From a virus (Duplodnaviria; Caudoviricetes), in IMG/VR virus record IMGVR_UViG_3300011338_000219, positions 1 through 30,810 of that record: a stretch of DNA of 30,810 nt; one strand, 5' to 3'. Positions 26,333-30,810 of this stretch are shown piece after piece. The notes beneath the pieces are model-generated. The model saw only the letters and a list, made by a program, of their open reading frames with translations, searched no databases and had not been told where the DNA came from. The translations under genes and the position numbers were made by a program. How positions within the stretch are numbered: position 1 is the first letter of the stretch; each line of letters starts with the position of its first letter.

Positions 26333-26826
26333 TAAACAAAATCATTCAGATGGCCAATGAGAGGATGCATATTTGCATCGAATGCCCGGTATACAATTCA
26401 ACCACTCGCACTTGTGGTATGCCATTGAATAAGTTAAATCCATTTTCCAAACCAGTCACCCTGGATGGTGTCACCTTCAAACCTTGCGGTTGTTTCCTTG
26501 ACCTCAAAACAAAGATGAGTTTTGCGGATTGCCCTGCAGGAAAGTGGCCAAAGATTGTTGATGCTGAACTCGTAGAACAAGCGAAGGCATTGGTTGAGGA
26601 AGTAAAGCGCACAAATGTGTTATCTGATAGCAATCGAAAGCTATTAACGCAATTAGATACTATTATGAAAGGCACTAACACGAAGGTCAGCAGTTGTGTT
26701 CCTTGCGTCAACAAAATCATTGACGAACTCCACAACCAATTAAAACGTGAAGAAGTGCTACTTACTGAAGAAGAACAACCACAACCAAAGAAACGTGGAA
26801 GAAAACCAAGAAAATCTAACCAATGA
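26329..26826 (+). CDS. Cys-rich zinc-binding protein
   Basis: CIEC, CG...CGC, CPAGKW and CVPC motifs; basic tail KKRGRKPRK. Confidence 0.7.
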   Translation: MINKIIQMANERMHICIECPVYNSTTRTCGMPLNKLNPFSKPVTLDGVTFKPCGCFLDLKTKMSFADCPAGKWPKIVDAELVEQAKALVEEVKRTNVLSDSNRKLLTQLDTIMKGTNTKVSSCVPCVNKIIDELHNQLKREEVLLTEEEQPQPKKRGRKPRKSNQ

Positions 26827-27020
26827 TGAACCTGCTTCATTTCTTTTTTACGTGTTATTTACTGACCGCCTTATTACTTATTGGACTGATGGCCGTGATG
26901 ATCCTAAGGCGAACCCTACGTTTTTCAGTTGAGAATATATTGGGTATGTTGTTCACCGCTTTTTGTTGGCCAGTTGTGTTAGCAATGACAATTATTGAAT
27001 TGTTCAAAACTAATGATTAA
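26823..27020 (+). CDS. Small two-TM membrane protein
   Basis: Two hydrophobic segments; ATGA-type overlap with the upstream gene. Confidence 0.55.
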   Translation: MMNLLHFFFTCYLLTALLLIGLMAVMILRRTLRFSVENILGMLFTAFCWPVVLAMTIIELFKTND

Positions 27021-27049
27021 CTTTTAAGGCAACCATTTAACTGAATCAC

Positions 27050-27057
27050 TATCTTTG
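27050..27057 (+). promoter_or_regulatory. Bacteroidota -7 element TATCTTTG
   Basis: TAnnTTTG at the start of the largest non-coding region; -33 element not evident. Confidence 0.5.
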
Positions 27058-27060
27058 TAG

Positions 27061-27312
27061 TGTTCAGAAGCTTTAGGTATTCCCCCTTTCATTTTAGCTC
27101 TGAACAGTTATAATGATTGGGGGATTCTCTTTTATGAATAAACACAAATTACTCTCCATTGCCAATGGGAGATGCAAAAGGCAAACTTGCGACACACCAA
27201 CGCTTGGATCAGGTAAATTCGCTATTCGCGAAATTGTTTGTTTTTCTTGGGGGGCTTTTTCTTTTCTTTCTTTTTCTTTTTTACCTTTTTTTCTTTTTCT
27301 TTCTTTTCTTTT
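27061..27312 (+). other. Structured non-coding region ending in a 58-nt polypyrimidine tract (candidate ncRNA, ori or pac region)
   Basis: Stem 27061-27072/27096-27106, TCCCCC/GGGGGA pairing, a second hairpin near 27153-27172, and 27255-27312 with a single purine. Confidence 0.4.
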
Positions 27313-27367
27313 GAATTATATTCTTAATTAAAATAAATTATTATCTTTACTAAATATTAAAAATAAT

Positions 27368-27375
27368 CTACTTAA
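27368..27375 (+). promoter_or_regulatory. CTACTTAA motif, candidate late promoter
   Basis: 4 nt upstream of the ATG at 27380. Confidence 0.4.
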
Positions 27376-27379
27376 TAAT

Positions 27380-27997
27380 ATGCAAAGAATATCAAAGATT
27401 GAATATGTGCCAATTTGGAAAGTAAAAAACAATCCAAATAATCCTCGTCTTGTCAAAGATGATAAGTTCAAAAAATTGGTCAAATCAATTACAGAGTTTC
27501 CCGATATGTTGGATAAACGCCCAATCATTGTCAATTCAGATATGATTGTATTGGGTGGTAATATGCGTCTCAAAGCTTGCAATGAAGCAGGATTAAAAGA
27601 AGTTCCCATAATAGTTGCAGAAGATTGGACAGAAGAACAACAACGTGCTTTTATTATCAAAGATAATCTTGGCTATGGTGAATGGGATTGGGATATGATT
27701 GCAAATGAATGGGATGAGGAGGAGTTAAATGAATGGGGTTTGGATATATGGCAACCTAATGATGAAATAAATTTAGATGATTTAAGTGATGATTTTAGTT
27801 TGCCTGAAGGTGATAGGCTACCATTTCAACAAATGACATTTAATCTCGCAGATGAACAAGCAATTCAAATAAAAAATGCAATAGAAGAAATTAAAGAAAC
27901 AGAAGAGTTTAAGTATTGCGAAACAATGGGAAATGAAAATTCCAATGGTAATGCTTTATATTTAATTATTATGCAATGGGCAGAGCAAAAGAAATAA
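27380..27997 (+). CDS. ParB/Srx N-terminal domain protein (DNA-modification associated)
   Basis: NPNNPR, RPIIVN..MIVLGGNMRLKAC motif; overlaps the mom-like gene. Confidence 0.8.
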   Translation: MQRISKIEYVPIWKVKNNPNNPRLVKDDKFKKLVKSITEFPDMLDKRPIIVNSDMIVLGGNMRLKACNEAGLKEVPIIVAEDWTEEQQRAFIIKDNLGYGEWDWDMIANEWDEEELNEWGLDIWQPNDEINLDDLSDDFSLPEGDRLPFQQMTFNLADEQAIQIKNAIEEIKETEEFKYCETMGNENSNGNALYLIIMQWAEQKK

Positions 27998-28677
27998 TTA
28001 TTAAAGTTATTCCAGCAAAAATTGCTAATGATTTTGTTTCAAATCATCATTATAGTAAATCATTTGTTCAAAATTCTAAATTACATTTTGGTTGTTTTTT
28101 AGATAATAAATTACACGGAGTTCTTTCATATGGAAATCCACAAGACAAAAGAAAAGTTATTGATTTAGTACAACCGTGCCAATGGAATGAAATGCTTGAA
28201 TTGAATAGAATGGCTTTTGATGATTATCTACCAAAAAATAGTGAAAGCAGATGCATATCAATTACTATTAAAATGATCAAAAAAAATGCACCACATATCA
28301 AATGGATTTTATCTTATTCTAATGCTTGTGTATGTGGAGATGGTACAATTTATAGAGCCAGTGGTTTTTATTTAACTAACATTTTAAAAAATCAATCATT
28401 AAGAGAGATAAATGGTAAATTGGTCGCAAAAAATTATACGAATAAAAAATACTATGACAAATCAAAAGGCATTAATTTATTTGATGGATCAAAAATTGTT
28501 GAGGGATTTCAATTAAGATATATTTATTTAATTGATCAAACTTGTAAAATAACAGTTCCAATTTTACCTTATAGTAAAATAAAAGAAATGAACGCATCTA
28601 TGTATAAAGGAAAAAAAATCCCTGCTAATGGCAAGGATTCTTTGAGCGATGCAGTCGATTCGAACGCTACCTCTTAA
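27976..28677 (+). CDS. Mom-family (GNAT-like) DNA adenine hypermodification enzyme
   Basis: ANDFVSNHHYS, LELNRMAF, PKNSESRCIS, WILSYS and GTIYRASGF motifs match phage Mu Mom-like proteins. Confidence 0.8.
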   Translation: MGRAKEIIIKVIPAKIANDFVSNHHYSKSFVQNSKLHFGCFLDNKLHGVLSYGNPQDKRKVIDLVQPCQWNEMLELNRMAFDDYLPKNSESRCISITIKMIKKNAPHIKWILSYSNACVCGDGTIYRASGFYLTNILKNQSLREINGKLVAKNYTNKKYYDKSKGINLFDGSKIVEGFQLRYIYLIDQTCKITVPILPYSKIKEMNASMYKGKKIPANGKDSLSDAVDSNATS

Positions 28678-28715
28678 CTGGATAGTTAAGTATGCTACCA
28701 TTACACTAACATCGC
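28645..28715 (-). tRNA. Non-canonical tRNA-Gly(TCC)-like RNA
   Basis: GCGATGT TA GTGT AATGGTA GCAT A CTTAAC TATCCA GTTAAG AGGT AGCG TTCGAAT CGACT GCATCGC T. It has a 7-bp acceptor stem, D arm with GG, TTCGAAT loop and U73. The anticodon loop and T-stem are aberrant, and CCA is not encoded (CAA follows). Confidence 0.8.
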
Positions 28716-28719
28716 AATG

Positions 28720-28749
28720 CAAATATAAATAAAAACAATGGAAAAACAA
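28720..28749 (-). promoter_or_regulatory. Bacteroidota sigma-A promoter TTG-N19-TATATTTG for the tRNA-like gene
   Basis: CAAATATA at 28720-28727 and CAA at 28747-28749 on the + strand; ends 4 nt before G1 of the tRNA. Confidence 0.75.
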
Positions 28750-28752
28750 TGG
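28731..28752 (+). repeat. 11-bp tandem duplication AAAAACAATGG x2
   Basis: Read directly; the second copy contains the TerS ATG and the antisense -33 element. Confidence 0.7.
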
Positions 28753-29108
28753 CTAAAGAAGATAATTTAAAGTCTTGGAAAAAAGGTGAGTCAGGCAATC
28801 CCAATGGCAGACCTCGCAAATATGTTTCATTGTTAAAAGAGCAGGGATACAAGTTGAGTGAGATAAATGATACCATCCAGGCAATGATGGCGATGGATAT
28901 GGATGAGTTAAAATCAGTTTGGGATAATCAACACGCAACCGTTTTAGAAAAGACCATTGCCAATGCGATGAGAAAAAGCATTGAGAAAGGATCATTGTAC
29001 TCAATTGAAACTTTATTAAGCAGGGTTTATGGTAATCCTAAACAAATGACGGAGTTAACTGGTGCAAACCAAGAACCATTACAAATAATAATATCTGATA
29101 AATTATGA
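28749..29108 (+). CDS. terS: Terminase small subunit-like protein (DUF5681-type)
   Basis: NLKSWKKGESGNPNGRP N-terminus, LLSRVYGNPKQ, and ELTG...PLQI C-terminus. Confidence 0.65.
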   Translation: MAKEDNLKSWKKGESGNPNGRPRKYVSLLKEQGYKLSEINDTIQAMMAMDMDELKSVWDNQHATVLEKTIANAMRKSIEKGSLYSIETLLSRVYGNPKQMTELTGANQEPLQIIISDKL

Positions 29109-29326
29109 AAGTCATATACGAATTCACAGAGGAAGATAACGAGGAGCTTCAAATGTTCCAACAATCACGTAAGTTATGGGTGGCATTTTGGGAACTGGAG
29201 AATGAGTTACGCAGTTGGGTGAAATACAACTCTCAAAACCTTTCATCAGATGAACTTGAAGGTGTGGATAAATTCCGTACACGCTTTTACGAGATAATAA
29301 ATGAGAATCAAATTAAATTAGATTAA
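29105..29326 (+). CDS. Hypothetical protein
   Basis: 73 aa, ATGA-coupled to terS. Confidence 0.65.
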   Translation: MKVIYEFTEEDNEELQMFQQSRKLWVAFWELENELRSWVKYNSQNLSSDELEGVDKFRTRFYEIINENQIKLD

Positions 29327-29487
29327 TGACAGAGCAAGAAATCAAGCACACCTACACGATGGCTATCCTATTCGGTATGTGGCTCAAAGAATCAGGGCAA
29401 AGAAAAAGACTTTCCAAAATGGATATTGTTGACCTATTTGATGAATGGATAAAGTTAATCACCAAAGATTTGGACAAAGATGAATAA
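29326..29487 (+). CDS. Hypothetical 53-aa protein
   Basis: MTEQEIKHTYTMAILFGMWL...DLDKDE*; TAATG-coupled and overlaps the next start. Not in the ORF track. Confidence 0.6.
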   Translation: MTEQEIKHTYTMAILFGMWLKESGQRKRLSKMDIVDLFDEWIKLITKDLDKDE

Positions 29488-30088
29488 GATAAAAGTATCA
29501 CTTGACTATTCAACCATAACTGTCAAACAATACGTTGACTTCATTTTGAATGAGGGCAATGAAGTAGGTCAAGTGTCCGCTATCCTCAACAAGCCAAAGG
29601 ACTTTGTAAGGCAGTTAGCACCTGATCAATTGCAAAATGCAATCAATGCATTTAAGTCAGTTATTGACGAGCCAAAAGCTAATAAGCAAAATCGATGGAA
29701 GGACTATGGATTTGTACCCGACATCAACGCTATCTCATTTGGTGAGTGGTTAGACCTGGATTCCAATTGTAAGGACTTTCCAAAGAACCTCACAAAGATA
29801 CTTGCCATCCTTTATAGACCAATATCAAATCAGTTAGGCAATAAGTATAGCATTGAACCTTACAACGCATCGCATCTGAAGAACGCTGATGAGTTCAATG
29901 AGATGCCGTTATCAATTGCCAATGGTGCATTGGTTTTTTTTTCGACTATCGAAAAAGAATTGGTGAACACTTCGCTTCAGTTTTTGGATTCACAAGTGAC
30001 GAAGAACTTGACGGAGGCGATGAAGATGATGGAGGAGGCATTGCAACAAGCGAACTTAGTTCAAAATACGGATGGTTTCACGTCATAG
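29480..30088 (+). CDS. Putative tail assembly chaperone (G-like, 0-frame product)
   Basis: Contains the slippery T9 run at 29934-29942 (GALVFF); ISFGEWLDLD and ILAILYRP motifs. Confidence 0.65.
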   Translation: MNKIKVSLDYSTITVKQYVDFILNEGNEVGQVSAILNKPKDFVRQLAPDQLQNAINAFKSVIDEPKANKQNRWKDYGFVPDINAISFGEWLDLDSNCKDFPKNLTKILAILYRPISNQLGNKYSIEPYNASHLKNADEFNEMPLSIANGALVFFSTIEKELVNTSLQFLDSQVTKNLTEAMKMMEEALQQANLVQNTDGFTS

Positions 30089-30225
30089 AGGAGTTGGCAG
30101 ATAGAGATGTGACAAAGTTTGATGCCATCACAAACACACAAGCTTCAACCATATTCGCACATCTATCTTACCGGATAGATTATTTCAACTTTCAAAAGCA
30201 ATTGCTGACTAAAAATAACCATTAA
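29941..30225 (+). CDS. -1 frame extension of the tail assembly chaperone (GT-like fusion, ~248 aa)
   Basis: 94 open codons starting at the T9 run with no ATG; KYGWFHVIEELADRDVTKFDAIT; fills the gap before 30241. Confidence 0.75.
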   Translation, partial: FDYRKRIGEHFASVFGFTSDEELDGGDEDDGGGIATSELSSKYGWFHVIEELADRDVTKFDAITNTQASTIFAHLSYRIDYFNFQKQLLTKNNH

Positions 30226-30240
30226 CGCTACTTAACTAAT

Positions 30241-30711
30241 ATGAGCGCATCTTCACTTTATACATACAATGTAGTCATTGGTAAATTTGAGCAATTTGCC
30301 AATAGCCACGCATTGATAAGACGTTTCACACACGGGCAAATATCTCAGGCAGATTTGGAAAAGGAAGGTGAATGGCCTTGGATGCACGTCACACCAACGT
30401 CATTCTCATTTGATGCAGGATCCTTAACCTACTCATTTGATGTTTACTTTTCCGACTTACCACGGGACAAGGAAGAAAAGACAGAATATCAACGCCAATC
30501 AATGAGTGAGTGTATTCAATTAGCAGGGGACTTCGTTAATATGTTGGAAAATGGAACAATCTTCGATGAATCAGTTGTTTTAGGCAAACCAATTTCAGCA
30601 CAACCTTTTATTGAAGAATTTAGCCACGTATTAACTGGTGTGCAATTGTCAATTGACATCACAGTTGATTATGAGTGGAACGCTTGTGAAATTCCTTATA
30701 TCGGAGAATAA
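30241..30711 (+). CDS. Second allele of 311-781 (putative tail terminator)
   Basis: 152 of 156 aa identical to 311-781. Confidence 0.6.
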   Translation: MSASSLYTYNVVIGKFEQFANSHALIRRFTHGQISQADLEKEGEWPWMHVTPTSFSFDAGSLTYSFDVYFSDLPRDKEEKTEYQRQSMSECIQLAGDFVNMLENGTIFDESVVLGKPISAQPFIEEFSHVLTGVQLSIDITVDYEWNACEIPYIGE

Positions 30712-30810
30712 TGAAGAAGCTGCAATACACAACCAATGATCCATCAGCCTCTACCGATTATTTGGCGGCTGACAATACTTGGAAAACAATCCCAGGCGGA
30801 GGTGGTGGTA
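30711..30810 (+). CDS. 5' part of the tail fibre gene, second allele (truncated by the window end)
   Basis: MKKLQYTTNDPSASTDYLAADNTWKTIPGGGGG, the same protein as from 781. Confidence 0.75.
   Translation, partial: MKKLQYTTNDPSASTDYLAADNTWKTIPGGGGG

Larger units (their letters stand above)
1..30810. mobile_element. Complete tailed bacteriophage genome (unit length 29,930 bp plus 880 bp terminal redundancy), probable Bacteroidota host
   Basis: Head, tail, terminase and lysis genes are all present. The end of the window repeats its start. There are TAnnTTTG promoter elements and no host housekeeping genes. Confidence 0.93.
29931..30810 (+). repeat. Terminal direct repeat, copy 2 (imperfect)
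   Basis: Colinear with 1-880, about 90.6% identical. Confidence 0.97.

Noticed and set aside
27113-27331. 72-aa ORF from the track
   Set aside because: Its F/S/L-rich end is simply the translation of the polypyrimidine tract; more likely non-coding.
28309-28335. Mom-like protein has SYSN where homologs, as I recall, often have S[YF]AD
   Set aside because: A single residue cannot be judged as inactivating without an alignment; the rest of the ORF is intact.
1-30810. Complete DGR, CRISPR array, integrase/att site, IS element or intron
   Set aside because: No RT motif ORF, template repeat, spaced repeats, recombinase or transposase motifs were recognised by eye.

Overview
The window is an apparently complete, circularly permuted ~29.93-kb tailed phage (siphovirus-like). 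It has an 880-bp terminal redundancy (1-880 vs 29931-30810) whose two copies are only ~90.6% identical. The host is probably a member of Bacteroidota: TAnnTTTG -7 promoter elements, A-rich starts without Shine-Dalgarno sites, and a Bacteroidota-style lipoprotein. The + strand carries tail, tape measure, XkdF-like protease, scaffold, capsid, tail tube, portal, adaptor and lysis genes. A - strand block (18-25.3 kb) carries TerL, a MazG-like NTP-PPase, a DnaA domain IV-like protein, replication-like proteins, an SSB-like protein and a DUF1566 lectin-fold protein. A second + block carries a VRR-NUC nuclease, a sigma factor, ParB-like, Mom-like, TerS and a tail chaperone. No integrase, DNA polymerase, helicase or reverse transcriptase was recognised. 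The most striking find is an unannotated, structurally non-canonical tRNA-Gly(UCC)-like gene with its own promoter, overlapping the 3' end of the Mom-family adenine-modification gene in antisense. It is a candidate dedicated glycyl donor for DNA hypermodification. Also notable: three candidate programmed frameshifts (tail chaperone T9, portal A11, SSB C-CCU-UUU), an orphan DGR-type target, a candidate late-promoter motif and a structured non-coding region. All family assignments come from motif recognition by eye, not database searches.
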